In this document: positions 45,091 through 55,235 of the stretch, piece by piece
How positions within the stretch are numbered: the stretch's first letter is position 1
How the letters are laid out: each line of letters opens with the position of its first letter
Source: Coriobacteriaceae bacterium
GTDB taxonomy: Bacteria > Actinomycetota > Coriobacteriia > Coriobacteriales > UMGS124
Length of the DNA: 64,000 nt
Reading direction: 5' to 3'
Assembly (NCBI GenBank): GCA_019421015.1
Contig: JAHZGC010000024.1
Span: forward strand, 862 to 64,861
The notes under the pieces: model-generated
The model's database searches: none
Told to the model about the DNA's origin: nothing
The model's input: the letters and a program-made list of their open reading frames with translations, nothing else
Position numbers and translations under genes: made by a program

Positions 45091-45795
45091 ATGGTTCGCA
45101 TAGCCGTGGTGGACGACGACCCGGACCACCGGCGGACGCTCGTGGGCTACATCAAGGATTTCTTTGCCGACCGGGAGCCCTATGACTGCGCCGTGTTCGA
45201 AGACGGTGCCGACTTCCTTGCCTCCGCGCTCTTGGAGCTCGATATCGTGTTCCTCGACATCGTCATGGACCGCACCAACGGGGTCGACGTGGCCCATGCC
45301 CTGCGGGAGCGAGACGAGGGCGTGGCCATCGTGTTCATCACGGAGGCGGTGCAGTATGCGCTCGAAGGCTACGGGGTTCAAGCCTCCGACTTTCTTATCA
45401 AGCCGCTGTACTACACGAGTTTCTGCGCCTGCATGCAGCGCGTGATGGCTGCCGTTAAACGGCGAAAGCCCACGATGATCAGGATCGATTACGACAAGAC
45501 GGTCCACTATCTTGACGTGTCGACCGTCTACGCCATCGAGACCCGCAACAAAAAGGTGGTCATCCACGCTAGGTCGGGCGACTACCTGTGCTCCGACACG
45601 CTCAAAGACCTCGAGAAGCGCCTTGCGCCCCATGGGTTTGCCCGCTGCCACCACGCCTACATCGTGAACACCGCGTTTGTCGAGACGGTACGCAAGCAGG
45701 AGGTGCTGGTGTGCGGGCAGTGGATCCCCCTGAGCCGGCAACGCCGCGACGAGTTTATGCAGCAGATGCTGAGCGATATCGGGGGCACGGTCTAG
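45091..45795 (+). CDS. LytTR-family response regulator
   Basis: The receiver domain is MVRIAVVDDDPDHRRTL...DIVFLDIVM. The C-terminal LytTR domain is YLDVSTVYAIETRNKKVVIHARSGDY...FARCHHAYIVN. Confidence 0.88.
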   Translation: MVRIAVVDDDPDHRRTLVGYIKDFFADREPYDCAVFEDGADFLASALLELDIVFLDIVMDRTNGVDVAHALRERDEGVAIVFITEAVQYALEGYGVQASDFLIKPLYYTSFCACMQRVMAAVKRRKPTMIRIDYDKTVHYLDVSTVYAIETRNKKVVIHARSGDYLCSDTLKDLEKRLAPHGFARCHHAYIVNTAFVETVRKQEVLVCGQWIPLSRQRRDEFMQQMLSDIGGTV

Positions 45796-47109
45796 ATGAA
45801 CGAGATATCGACCGGGGCCATAGTGCTCCGCGCGGTGGTGAACTGCGTGGGGCTTTTGATTTTCTCGCAGGGCCTTCGCCCGCGGGTATTGCTCCGTCCC
45901 GATGGCCGCCCGGTGCCCCTGTGGGGTTCGGTGGTGGTGGGCTGCGCCCTGTTTGCCGCGCTCTGCGCGTCCGTGGTGCTGATCCGCCTGTCGCACCTGC
46001 TGTTTTTGAGCGATTTTGTGGCGGTGATCGCGGTTTTCTCCCTGTGGTTGCTGACTGCCAAGCGTATATCGGTGCGCAACGCCCTGTACATGGCCGTGGT
46101 GGCGTTTTTGTGCCTCGATCTCACGGTGGCCCTCGTGAACTCGGCCTATCGCCACCTGCCGACCTTCTCGACGCCGTTTGGCTCCGCCGCCCTCGAGCTG
46201 CTCTACGCCGCGCTTATGCTGGGGCTGTGCTGGATGCTGCGCCGATGGGCCCCCACCTCCGATGAACCCGACGTCTCTTTGCGAAGCTTCTTGATGCTCT
46301 TTTTGGCGTTGGCCCCCTATTTGGTGATGAGAAGCTCGGCGCTGTTCTACGACATCGGGGGGCCTACCGGCACGATGATCGAGGGGGTGCTGGCGCTCAC
46401 CATTGTGGCCACCTTCGGCGCCTTTGTGGGAAACCACGCCACCATCGTGGCGGCGGCCGAAAAAGTCCGGCGGCTCCAGCTCGAAATGGAGCTCCAGGAA
46501 CACCAGCGTCGGTTTGCCATCCGCAAGGAGGCCATGGACGAGGTGAACCGGCGCTACCACGACATGGTGCGCTATGCCCGCATATTCGCTCAGGGAGGGG
46601 CGGCGGGGTCTTTTGACGAGTTCCTCGAAGAGCGCATGACGGGCAACCTGCCGACCGCCCCGATGTGGGACACCGGCAACGATACGCTCGACATGCTGCT
46701 GTGGGAAGCGTCCGAACGCTGCGCTGCGTCTGACATACGGTTTGTGCCCATTGTTGACGTCGAGGACGTGGGGGCGATAGCGGGCTTTGACCTCCATGCC
46801 ATAGTAGGCAACGCCCTGGAGAACGCCGTCGAAGCCGCCTCGCGAGTTCCGGATCGGGAGAAGCGCGAGGTCCGCCTCAAGCTGCGCCAGGTCAACCAGA
46901 TGCTTTTTGTTGTGGTGAACAACCATTTTGTGGGGGAGCTCCGCCGCGAGGGCGACCGGCTCGTCTCGACCAAAGACAGGGCCGACGAGGGACCCCACGG
47001 CTACGGTGTGGAGAACATCAGGCGGGCTGCAGAGCGCTACGGCGGGTCGCTTACCTATGCGGCGCAAGGGGACCGCTTTAGCCTGACCGTTATGGTGCCG
47101 CTTGGCTGA
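45796..47109 (+). CDS. AgrC/LytS-like (HPK10-type) membrane sensor histidine kinase
   Basis: Six or seven N-terminal TM segments are followed by a GHKL ATPase (GNALENAVEA...GYGVENIRRAAERYGG). Its start abuts the regulator stop. Confidence 0.78.
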   Translation: MNEISTGAIVLRAVVNCVGLLIFSQGLRPRVLLRPDGRPVPLWGSVVVGCALFAALCASVVLIRLSHLLFLSDFVAVIAVFSLWLLTAKRISVRNALYMAVVAFLCLDLTVALVNSAYRHLPTFSTPFGSAALELLYAALMLGLCWMLRRWAPTSDEPDVSLRSFLMLFLALAPYLVMRSSALFYDIGGPTGTMIEGVLALTIVATFGAFVGNHATIVAAAEKVRRLQLEMELQEHQRRFAIRKEAMDEVNRRYHDMVRYARIFAQGGAAGSFDEFLEERMTGNLPTAPMWDTGNDTLDMLLWEASERCAASDIRFVPIVDVEDVGAIAGFDLHAIVGNALENAVEAASRVPDREKREVRLKLRQVNQMLFVVVNNHFVGELRREGDRLVSTKDRADEGPHGYGVENIRRAAERYGGSLTYAAQGDRFSLTVMVPLG

Positions 47110-47274
47110 GGCGTTGGGCGAGCGGATTTTGAAGGCCAACTGGCTGCCCTATCGTGCCAGGTAGTCGGCACCTGTTGTGCGTGGAACGGGGCCCCGATAT
47201 AACGCACTCATGGTCAGCGCGGGCAGACTCACAGAGTTTCTGCCAGCGAAACCCCTATGTAAGGAGAGAAGATC

Positions 47275-49023
47275 ATGAGCAAGCTTTCGAGGCGTTCCTT
47301 TATTGCCGGCGCCGCCGGAGCCGCCGCCCTGGGTGCCATGAGCGCTGTGGCCCTGGCCGAGGAGGCCCCCGCTTCCGCCGAGGGCGGTGCTCCCGGCGAG
47401 GGCGGGGTGCCTGCCGGCGAAGGCGGCCCCGGCGGTGGCGGCGCGCCGATGATGGCCGCCGTGTCGGTCGAGGACCCCGAGTGGCGTGTGGCCCCCAATG
47501 AGGCCGACTTCGAGATCGCGGCGGAATACGACTGCCAGGTGCTTGTGTGCGGTACCGGTTATGCCGGCTCTACCGCCATGCGCAAGGCGGCCGTGGACGG
47601 CAAGCAGGTCATCGGCATCGACTCCCAATGGCTTGAGGCCTTTAACCTGTTCGGCGGCGACATCGGATGCCACAACTCCACCTACCAGCGCAGCATCGGC
47701 ATTCCCGACGTCGACCCGGCCGAGTACTACAACAACTGGCAGATGTGCTGCGCCAACCGCGCCGAGCCCGACCTGCTCAGGTACTATGCCCACCATGCCG
47801 GCGAGGCCTTTGACTTCTTTACCGAGGTGAGCCCCGGCATCGAGGAGACCTACACCACCTATGCCTGGGAGAACATCCCTGCCGAGTGGACCAGCGAGTG
47901 CGGCGCCTTCCACACCTATCCCGGCGCGGTCTCGATCAAGCAGTACGGCAGCTCCCAGGTGCCGATCGACTGCATCAACGACGCCTGCGACAACCACGGC
48001 GCCCAGATGTTCTGGGGCCATGCGCTCAAGATGCTCACCGTGAACGACGAGGGCCGCGTGACCGGCGCCATCGTGGAGGACCGCGACAACGAGGTGTGCA
48101 TCAAGATCAACGCCTCCGACGCCGTGATCGTTGCCTGCGGCGACTTCATCGGCAACGCCAGCATGGCCCGCGAGCTTCTCACCGAGGTCATGGAGACCAA
48201 CCCCACCTCCGACGCCCCCTCGGGCATGGGCCGCGACGGCATGGGCCAGAAGGCCATGTATTGGGCCGGCGGTGCTTTTGAGATCGGTCCCCGCGGCGCC
48301 ATGGGCGGCGTGAGCGGCAACCCCATGGGCATCTGGAAGGGCTCGCACATTCTGCTGCTCGACAAGGACGGTTTCCGCGTGGGCAACGAGGCCTTTGCCC
48401 ACAACTTCGTGGCCGGTGTTCCGGCTGCCCGCCGCGAGGTGGGTCTGGCCAGCGTTTTTGGCTCGAACTTCTACGAGCCGCTGTCGCACGGTCCCATTGG
48501 CCACCTGAACCTCGACGACTGGGGCGCGCTCGAGACCCAGAAGGAGATCTTTACCGCTGACCACGAGGACTCAGGCCCCGACGGTTTCGACTACAACGGC
48601 ACCACCGTGTTCTGCTCCAATGACCCGCTGACCTTGGCCGGCTATCTGGGCTACGAGGGCGCAGCCGCCGAGCAGTTCGCCGCCTCCATCGAGCGCTACA
48701 ACGAGATGGCCGCCAACGGCAAGGACGAGGACTTCGCCAAGCCCGCGAGCGTGTTCCAGCCCATCGAGCCTCCGTATTTCGGCACCTTTAGCGGTCGTGG
48801 CGGCGGAGCGGGCTGCATGGTCTCGCTGGCCGGTATGTTCGCTACCCGCGACTGCCAGGTGCGTCGCCAGGGTACGTTCGAGCCCATCCCCGGCCTCTAC
48901 GCCGCGGGCAACTGCCTGGGCGGCCGCTTCCCGCTGCAGTACACCTCGCCGATTAACGGCGTATCGATCTCCTGGGCTGTAACGAGCGGCTATCAGGCTG
49001 GCGAGGCCGTGGCCAAGCTCTAG
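47275..49023 (+). CDS. Tat-exported FAD-dependent flavoprotein reductase, paralog 4
   Basis: The Tat signal is MSKLSRRSFIAGAAGAAALGAMSAVALA. The FAD fold variant is CQVLVCGTGYAGSTAM, with AVIVACGDF also present. SD AAGGAG precedes the start. Confidence 0.88.
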   Translation: MSKLSRRSFIAGAAGAAALGAMSAVALAEEAPASAEGGAPGEGGVPAGEGGPGGGGAPMMAAVSVEDPEWRVAPNEADFEIAAEYDCQVLVCGTGYAGSTAMRKAAVDGKQVIGIDSQWLEAFNLFGGDIGCHNSTYQRSIGIPDVDPAEYYNNWQMCCANRAEPDLLRYYAHHAGEAFDFFTEVSPGIEETYTTYAWENIPAEWTSECGAFHTYPGAVSIKQYGSSQVPIDCINDACDNHGAQMFWGHALKMLTVNDEGRVTGAIVEDRDNEVCIKINASDAVIVACGDFIGNASMARELLTEVMETNPTSDAPSGMGRDGMGQKAMYWAGGAFEIGPRGAMGGVSGNPMGIWKGSHILLLDKDGFRVGNEAFAHNFVAGVPAARREVGLASVFGSNFYEPLSHGPIGHLNLDDWGALETQKEIFTADHEDSGPDGFDYNGTTVFCSNDPLTLAGYLGYEGAAAEQFAASIERYNEMAANGKDEDFAKPASVFQPIEPPYFGTFSGRGGGAGCMVSLAGMFATRDCQVRRQGTFEPIPGLYAAGNCLGGRFPLQYTSPINGVSISWAVTSGYQAGEAVAKL

Positions 49024-49076
49024 AACTATCTCAAAAAAGCTCTGGGAACCAACCGATAGACATCCCCCCTGCATAG

Positions 49077-49113
49077 AGCCGCCCTGGACGCTTCCCCTTC
49101 GTCCGGGGCGGCT
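49077..49113. terminator. GC hairpin between convergent genes (possible bidirectional terminator)
   Basis: The hairpin is AGCCGCCCTGGACG-cttcccctt-CGTCCGGGGCGGCT. There is no strong U-tract. Confidence 0.45.
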
Positions 49114-49210
49114 TGCGTTATGGGGAAGGGGCCGGGGCGCCCCATGTATAGGCGCCGCCGATCTGCTCTGGGGGTCCAGCTTTCTGCCGCATCCTCCTGG
49201 CGCACCGCCG

Positions 49211-50326
49211 TTACTTGCGGGGCACCTCCACCACCAGCTGGTCTCCGATCGCGATAGAAACGACCTTCTGGGGGTCGATGATGCGGTCGGCGCGGGCGGT
49301 GCGCTTTACCTCTCCGTCATACAGGCTGTCGGGGTCGGAACCGTTGTACGCCCCGGCGCCCGGTCCCAGCTCAAGCGTGGTGCCGTCGTCCATGGTGAGA
49401 ACCACGGGCATCCAAACCAGGTCTTGCGTTCCGGCAAAAGGCGCGACGACGGCACCGCTCTCCACGGCTTCGTCGGTCACGGGGAAGACGATGTCCACTC
49501 CAAGGGGGGAGAGGTATATAGACCCGATGACGAGCTGTGACTTGCCTACGTGCAGGGCCTGGCCTCCAGGGAGCTCACGGGTGGTGTTGCCGTAGTCGAC
49601 GGGGAACGTCAGGGTCCAGGCGCCGTCGATGGGGACGATGGAGGGTTCGCCGTCGGACGGCCACGACCCGACGGCCTGTAGTTCCGTCATGGTCAGATTG
49701 ACTTCGCGCCCTGGCCAGGATCCTTCTGACAGATAGGCCCCTATGACGATGTAGGTAGTGTTTGGAGGCGTGCTGGGGTCGAGCAGGGAGTTGCTGGTGA
49801 TGCTCTCGACGACCAGCGGAGACCCGGGGGAGGCGGGGCTGACGTCAAGCGACAGCGCGCTCATGGCGGCAAGCTTCGCATCGGGCCCCAGGCCAAAGTT
49901 TGCACCCAGGTCGTCGGTGAGCTTAAGCAGCAGGTAGAGGTTGCGCTGATCGCCGACGATGGCTTCCAGCGCGATGGTCACGCCGCTGTCGGTCGCGCAT
50001 GCCGACTGCTCGGCGCCTATTGGCTCGACGGCCTCGGAACCGCCGGGAGCGCTCCCAAATAGATGCTGCATCAGAGTTGCGAGGCCCCCGTTGCCAAGGC
50101 CGCCCGCAAGGGCGAGGCCGCACGTTCCAACGACCAGGGCCGCTGCAACGGCCAGGGCACACGCGAGGTGGCGACGCCTAAGCCGGCTGGCGGTTGTGGG
50201 GGCGGCCCCTGAACACGAGGGCTTCTCCGCTGCGTCCCAGGCGGCTTGAAGGTTGCTTGCCAGCGATCGCTTTTGCTCGTCGCTGAGGTGCACCTGGTCC
50301 ATGGCCTGCTCGTAGGGGGTTCTCAT
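49211..50326 (-). CDS. Putative membrane anti-sigma factor (DUF4179-like architecture)
   Basis: It has a short cytoplasmic N-terminus, a single TM segment (LACALAVAAALVVGTCGLALAG) and an extracytoplasmic domain. An ATGA overlap links it to the upstream ECF sigma gene. Confidence 0.55.
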   Translation of the reverse strand: MRTPYEQAMDQVHLSDEQKRSLASNLQAAWDAAEKPSCSGAAPTTASRLRRRHLACALAVAAALVVGTCGLALAGGLGNGGLATLMQHLFGSAPGGSEAVEPIGAEQSACATDSGVTIALEAIVGDQRNLYLLLKLTDDLGANFGLGPDAKLAAMSALSLDVSPASPGSPLVVESITSNSLLDPSTPPNTTYIVIGAYLSEGSWPGREVNLTMTELQAVGSWPSDGEPSIVPIDGAWTLTFPVDYGNTTRELPGGQALHVGKSQLVIGSIYLSPLGVDIVFPVTDEAVESGAVVAPFAGTQDLVWMPVVLTMDDGTTLELGPGAGAYNGSDPDSLYDGEVKRTARADRIIDPQKVVSIAIGDQLVVEVPRK

Positions 50327-50892
50327 CGGGTGCCTCCGTTCCGGCCTTCGAGCATGGCGTGCAGGCGGGCGCGTCCGCGGCTAAGGTGCTTGCGCACGGT
50401 GGCCGGCGTCTCTTTGGTGAGCCGGGCGATTTCTCGAGGCGAGTAGCCCTCGTAGTAGTGCAGGTAGATGGCCGTGCGGCAGGCCGGCGTGAGGCTGTTT
50501 ATCTGGTCGAGGAGGTCGGCTGCCTGGGAGGCAGCCTCCACGATCTCAGCGGGGTTGTCGGCCTGCGGGGCGGGGAGCTGCTCGTCGACCGGCTCTACGC
50601 GGCTACGCCATCGGTCGCGCTGCATGTCGATGCAGGTGGTGATGGTCGTGCGGATAAGCCATGCCTTCTGATGGCTGCCGTCGCGCAGAAGCTTGGGCTG
50701 CTCGTTCTGCCGTTGATGGCCCAAGAGCTTGAGGAACACGGTCTGGCATGCGTCCTGCGCGTCGCACAGGGACCCGAGCCGCGCGTAGGCCACGCGAAAG
50801 ACGAGGTCGGCGTAGGTTTCGACCAGCTTCTCTATACCGTGCGGCCCGTCCTGCGGGTCTGCGCCGGCACCGCGTTGTCGCGCTGCGCGCAT
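50323..50892 (-). CDS. ECF-type RNA polymerase sigma-70 family factor
   Basis: The protein is 189 aa. The region 2-like segment is LVETYADLVFRVAYARLGSLCDAQDACQTVFLKL. The region 4 HTH is YSPREIARLTKETPATVRKHLSRGRARL. Confidence 0.85.
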   Translation of the reverse strand: MRAARQRGAGADPQDGPHGIEKLVETYADLVFRVAYARLGSLCDAQDACQTVFLKLLGHQRQNEQPKLLRDGSHQKAWLIRTTITTCIDMQRDRWRSRVEPVDEQLPAPQADNPAEIVEAASQAADLLDQINSLTPACRTAIYLHYYEGYSPREIARLTKETPATVRKHLSRGRARLHAMLEGRNGGTR

Positions 50893-50981
50893 GGTCTCTC
50901 CCTTCGTGCGGCGAAACGACGTCTCCTATACCAGGAACACGAACGGGAAGGCCAAAACGAGACACCCTGCGCGGCTGTTTT

Positions 50982-52526
50982 TTATCCGACCTCGAACTTC
51001 ACCGGCGCCGCCACCGTGCCGGCGCGCTGGCCTTCCTGGAGCCTGCGGACGCGCTGGGCCTCGAAGAGCTGGAAGACCGCCACCAGCACGACCGAGCACA
51101 CGTCGGCCGCCGACTCGGTGAAGGTGATGGCCATGAGCCCCGTCATGCCGGGCCACACCCAGCTGGCAAAGGTGGGCATGAAGTAGAGCAGCGGCAGGTA
51201 GAAGATGAACTGCCGGGTGAGCGAGAGGAACATGGCCTTGACGGGCTGGCCCGTGGCCTGGAAGTAGTTGGAACCCAGCACCGCCAGCGGCACCACCGGC
51301 ATCGAGATGATGAAGAGCACGCTGGCGGTCATGCCGAACTCGATCTCTGCGGGCGTGAGCCCGAAGCTTGCGAGGATGGGGCCGCGCAGTGCGATGACCG
51401 CCACAAGGATGATCACGGCGAGCACGGTGGAGGAGCCCACGCCGACCCACAGCGTGCGCCGCACGCGGTCGTAGCGGCGCGCCCCGTAGTTGAAGCCCTC
51501 GATGGGCTGGGCGGCGATGCCGATGCCGATGATGGCGAAGCAGCACATCTGCACGATTTTGTTGAGCGAGCCGATGACCGCGAGGCCGCCGTCGACGCCG
51601 ATGGGGTCGCCGGGCCCCAACGTCCAGATCTGCTGGTTGAGCAGGGTGGAGACGAACGCGGCCGCCAGCTGCATGGCGAAGCTCGCGATGCCGAGCGCGG
51701 CTATGCTGCCGAGCACGTGCAGGTGGGGCCTCAGGGTCTCCAGGCGTAGCTTGATGGTCGAGCGGCTGGTGCGGAAGTACCCCAGCACCACCAGGGCGCA
51801 GGTCAGCTGGCCCAGCACGGTGCCCAGCGCGCCGCCGAACACGCCCCACCGCAGCGCGATGACGAGCAGCCAGTTAAAGAAGATCGACGCCACGCAGCCG
51901 CAGGCCATGGTGAGCAGGGCCCACTGCGGCGAGCCGTCGGTGCGGATAAAGTTGTTGAGAGAGGGGCCTATAGCCTGGATCACGAAGCCGCAGATGAGCG
52001 TGCCCGTGTAGGTGCGCGCCATGTCGAGCAGGGCCGGCGTGCAGCCGCAGAGGTAAAGCAGCGGGTCGAGAAAGACGAGCATGCCTATGCTGGCCAACCC
52101 GCAGACCACGATGTTCAAAAAGATGGCGTTGCCCAGGCAAAGCTCCGCCTCGGCCACGGAGCCCTCGCCCATCTTAATGGCCGCCCGCGCGTTGCCGCCG
52201 GCGCCGAACCACATGGCGAAGGCGTTCATGACGGTCATGATCGGGAAGGCCACCGTGGTGATGGCCACGGCCTCCGACCCCACGCCCTGGCCCAGGAAGA
52301 TAGTGTTGATCACGTTGTAGAGCGTGGTGCACATGACCGCGAGGATGGTGGGCGGGGCGAACTCGAGCAGCAGCTTGCCCACCGGCTCGGTGCCCATGCG
52401 CAGGTTCTTGAGGGGGATACGCTCGGGGGAGGGAGCTTGGGGATCTTCGCCGCCGTTGCGGTCGAGTTGCCGATCTTCGATGGTCACAAATCCTCCCCCT
52501 GGAGCGTACTGGCTATTTGTAGCCAT
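50982..52526 (-). CDS. MATE family efflux transporter
   Basis: The protein is 514 aa with 12 predicted TM segments. The motif is LLLEFAPPTILAVMCTTLYNVINTIFLGQGVG. Confidence 0.85.
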   Translation of the reverse strand: MATNSQYAPGGGFVTIEDRQLDRNGGEDPQAPSPERIPLKNLRMGTEPVGKLLLEFAPPTILAVMCTTLYNVINTIFLGQGVGSEAVAITTVAFPIMTVMNAFAMWFGAGGNARAAIKMGEGSVAEAELCLGNAIFLNIVVCGLASIGMLVFLDPLLYLCGCTPALLDMARTYTGTLICGFVIQAIGPSLNNFIRTDGSPQWALLTMACGCVASIFFNWLLVIALRWGVFGGALGTVLGQLTCALVVLGYFRTSRSTIKLRLETLRPHLHVLGSIAALGIASFAMQLAAAFVSTLLNQQIWTLGPGDPIGVDGGLAVIGSLNKIVQMCCFAIIGIGIAAQPIEGFNYGARRYDRVRRTLWVGVGSSTVLAVIILVAVIALRGPILASFGLTPAEIEFGMTASVLFIISMPVVPLAVLGSNYFQATGQPVKAMFLSLTRQFIFYLPLLYFMPTFASWVWPGMTGLMAITFTESAADVCSVVLVAVFQLFEAQRVRRLQEGQRAGTVAAPVKFEVG

Positions 52527-52626
52527 GGTATGCCGTCGGTGGGGTGGAATTCTCCTGGAAGGTGGCCTGCGCGCCGCGAGCGGTTGGAGGGCGTTCGGAG
52601 ACGGGCGGGGGAGGTGGCGAGTTACC

Positions 52627-52731
52627 TAGGGCGGTCCACAGAATCGCTGGACAAGGCGCGCGAGGGCGCGGTGTGCTGAGGCACATGAGCTCGAGCGCAA
52701 CGCGGTATCAGCGATTCTGTGGACCGCCCTA
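52627..52731. mobile_element. GC-rich palindromic MITE, copy 3 (TA...TA flanks)
   Basis: The sequence is TA-GGGCGGTCCACAGAATCGCTGGACAAGGCGCGCGAGGGCGCGGTGTGC...CAGCGATTCTGTGGACCGCCC-TA. It is intergenic. Confidence 0.85.
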
Positions 52732-53143
52732 AAAGAAGGAGATAGCGCCGCAGAATCAAGGTTCTGGATAGGCAAATGCGGGCCGGATTGCGTCCGTATT
52801 GCGCGCGCGGTCATCATCGGCTTGCGGGGGGTTAGGAAAACCGCAGGTCAAGAGGGTGTTGATTGCGAGGGCTTCTCCGCTTGGGAGTAAGTTTAGAACA
52901 TAGGGGGTCCTGCGGGCCTATCCAGAACCCCCTTTATGCGGTGGTATCTCGGGTTTGGGGCTTCGGCTATTCGGCCGCGCTCTCCCACGGCTCGCCGGGG
53001 TAGTAGAACCCCCGCCCGCAGGTGGTTCCTGCAGGCGGGGGCGATGGTTCCAAAGCGCGGTCGTTCCGTGCGCCGCCTTATGGCGCTTTCGACCCTGCGG
53101 CTTTGACCTCCGGCCCTTCGACCGTCAGCCTATGCCGCGCGCC

Positions 53144-54850
53144 TTACTCGGCGAGGTGCTTGCCCAGCAGGTAGCCAAAGGTCAGGCAGGTGGCACCCAG
53201 GTTGTGGCCCGGGAAGTGGGTCGAGTAGCAGTTGTTGTACATGTCGCCCACCATGGAGCCGAGGCAGTACAGGCCGGGGATCACGTTGTCGTCCTTGTCC
53301 TGGACCTCCATGTCGACGGTGCAGCGGATGCCGCCGGTGGTCGAGAGGAACCACGGGGTGCACTTGATGCCGTAGAACGGGCCGTTCTTGATGGGGAGCA
53401 GCAGCTCGGGGCGCTTGTCGAACTCCTCGTCGTAGCCCTGCTCGGCGTACTTGTTGTAGCGCTCGATCTGGGCCAGGGTCTCCTCGGCGGGCAGCCCGAG
53501 CTGGTCCACGAGCTCCTCGAGGGTGTCGGCCTTGATCATCTTGACCTCGATCTCGCCCGAGCCGTTCATCTCGATGAAGCCGGGGCCGTTCACGCACTCC
53601 TCCCAGTAGTCGATGACGGCCTGGGGGTCGGCGAAGGCGGGGTCGCCGTCGACGAAGGCGGGGTTCATCCACTGGGGCTCGTTGGCGTAATCGATGTCCC
53701 AGATGGCAAAGGCGTGCTGGCCCTTCTCGTGCATGAGCGAGAGGCCGCCGTGGGAGATGACGTTATCCTCGTTGGTGTAGCGTTTGCCGTCGCTGTTGAC
53801 CATGAGGCCCTGGAAGGCGCGCACCTGCTTGGTGATGGAGCGCCACTGGAAGCAGAACACCAGCGGGCAGGGAGTGCCGGTGCGGTCGAGGGCCGCGCCC
53901 GCCCAGTAGGCCATCTTGTGGCCGGAACCGGGCCAGATGCCGCCGGGGGTGTCCTTCATCCAGGGGATCAGGGTCTCCTTCATCTCCTGGTCGGTGCCGA
54001 AGTCGCCGGTGGCCATGACGACGCCCTTGGCGGCGTTGTACTGGGTGATGGTGCCGTCCTCGTCCTCGGCGATGACGCCGATTACGCGGCCGTCGGCGTC
54101 CTTAACGAGCTGCTTGGCCTCGGTGTTGTACTGCACGGGGCAGCCCTGCGCCTCGCAGTAGGCGGCTAGGTTCTCGCACACGTCCTGCTGGGGGTTGGCG
54201 GCGGGGCCGCTGCCGTTGGGGCCGTAGAGGAACTCGTGGGTGCCGGGGAACTCGCCGTTGATGCCCTCCGGGTCGTGGTACCAGTGCTCCATGACGGGGG
54301 TCAGGTCGTAGCCGCCCACCTTGCTGGCGGTGGTCATCTTGTCGATCATCCAGTTCATGGCCTCTTCGGACTTGTGGGCGTGGAGCATCCACTTGGCGCC
54401 GTCGATGCGGTAGCTGTGGTAGCCCATCATGCGCTTGAACACGCGGCCGATGTCGAAGAGCTTCTCGTCATCGTGCACGGGGGCGCTGGTGCCGGTGGTG
54501 TAGTGGTAGCCCTTCTCGTCCATGAGCTTGGAGTTGATGGCAAAGGTGGAGCCGCCGCGGCCGATGACCATGGGCAGGCGCTCGAGGATGACGACGTTCA
54601 GGCCCTCTTCGGAGGCGGACACGGCGCAGTTGAGGCCCGAGAAGCCGGCGCCCACCACGACCACGTCGGCGTCGACGGTGCGCTCGGGCTCGATGGGCTC
54701 GGGGGCGACCAGGAACGAGGGCACGCTGCCGTCGGCGGGGGCGGCCTCCTCGGCCTGGGCCCGGGTCATGCCGATGTTCATGAGGGCGGCCACGCCGGCG
54801 GACACGGCGGCGCCTGCGACGAACGTGCGGCGGTTCAGGGTTGCTTCCAT
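53144..54850 (-). CDS. Tat-exported FAD-dependent flavoprotein reductase, paralog 5
   Basis: The Tat signal is MEATLNRRTFVAGAAVSAGVAALMNIGMTRAQA. The FAD fold is ADVVVVGAGFSGLNCAVSASEEGLNVVILER, with GVVMATGDF also present. SD AAAGGAG precedes the start. Confidence 0.9.
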   Translation of the reverse strand: MEATLNRRTFVAGAAVSAGVAALMNIGMTRAQAEEAAPADGSVPSFLVAPEPIEPERTVDADVVVVGAGFSGLNCAVSASEEGLNVVILERLPMVIGRGGSTFAINSKLMDEKGYHYTTGTSAPVHDDEKLFDIGRVFKRMMGYHSYRIDGAKWMLHAHKSEEAMNWMIDKMTTASKVGGYDLTPVMEHWYHDPEGINGEFPGTHEFLYGPNGSGPAANPQQDVCENLAAYCEAQGCPVQYNTEAKQLVKDADGRVIGVIAEDEDGTITQYNAAKGVVMATGDFGTDQEMKETLIPWMKDTPGGIWPGSGHKMAYWAGAALDRTGTPCPLVFCFQWRSITKQVRAFQGLMVNSDGKRYTNEDNVISHGGLSLMHEKGQHAFAIWDIDYANEPQWMNPAFVDGDPAFADPQAVIDYWEECVNGPGFIEMNGSGEIEVKMIKADTLEELVDQLGLPAEETLAQIERYNKYAEQGYDEEFDKRPELLLPIKNGPFYGIKCTPWFLSTTGGIRCTVDMEVQDKDDNVIPGLYCLGSMVGDMYNNCYSTHFPGHNLGATCLTFGYLLGKHLAE

Positions 54851-55235
54851 GAATGCGCTCCTTTGCAGGTCGTGGGGCGGCCCGCGAGACGTTCCTTCCG
54901 AGTGGGGGCTCGGCTCCCTTGCGTCTCGTGCGGGATTCCCGGGGTTGGGTGTGCGGCGCGGGACGACCGGTCCGGCGGATCGGTGCGTCGGGGCCGCGAA
55001 CGACTCAAACCCTAGTCCCCGGCCGCATGCCGCCGCTTCCCCTCCCGGCGGAGAACTTTGCCGTCCCGGCTATCTACCCCGCGGCGGGGTAGATGCGGGT
55101 GGCTGTAACGTCTATAGTCTTGACCTGTGGTTTCAAGGGGAGAAGTCCACCTTTTTACGCGACGAGGGGAGCGGGGCTGTGGATCGCGAGCACGAATCTG
55201 CCGTGGGCCGTTCGGTGCGCCGGGAGGCCGTCTCG

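Noticed and set aside
54879-54935. There is a nested GC hairpin in the 5' leader of flavoprotein paralog 5, formed by CCCGCGAGACG...CGTCTCGTGCGGG around CCGAG-tggggg-CTCGG. Similar hairpins occur in other leaders. I considered them as possible riboregulators.
   Set aside because: Stable hairpins are frequent in GC-rich intergenic DNA. I saw no sequence similarity between the leaders of different paralogs and no alternative pairing, so there is not enough evidence for a specific regulatory call.
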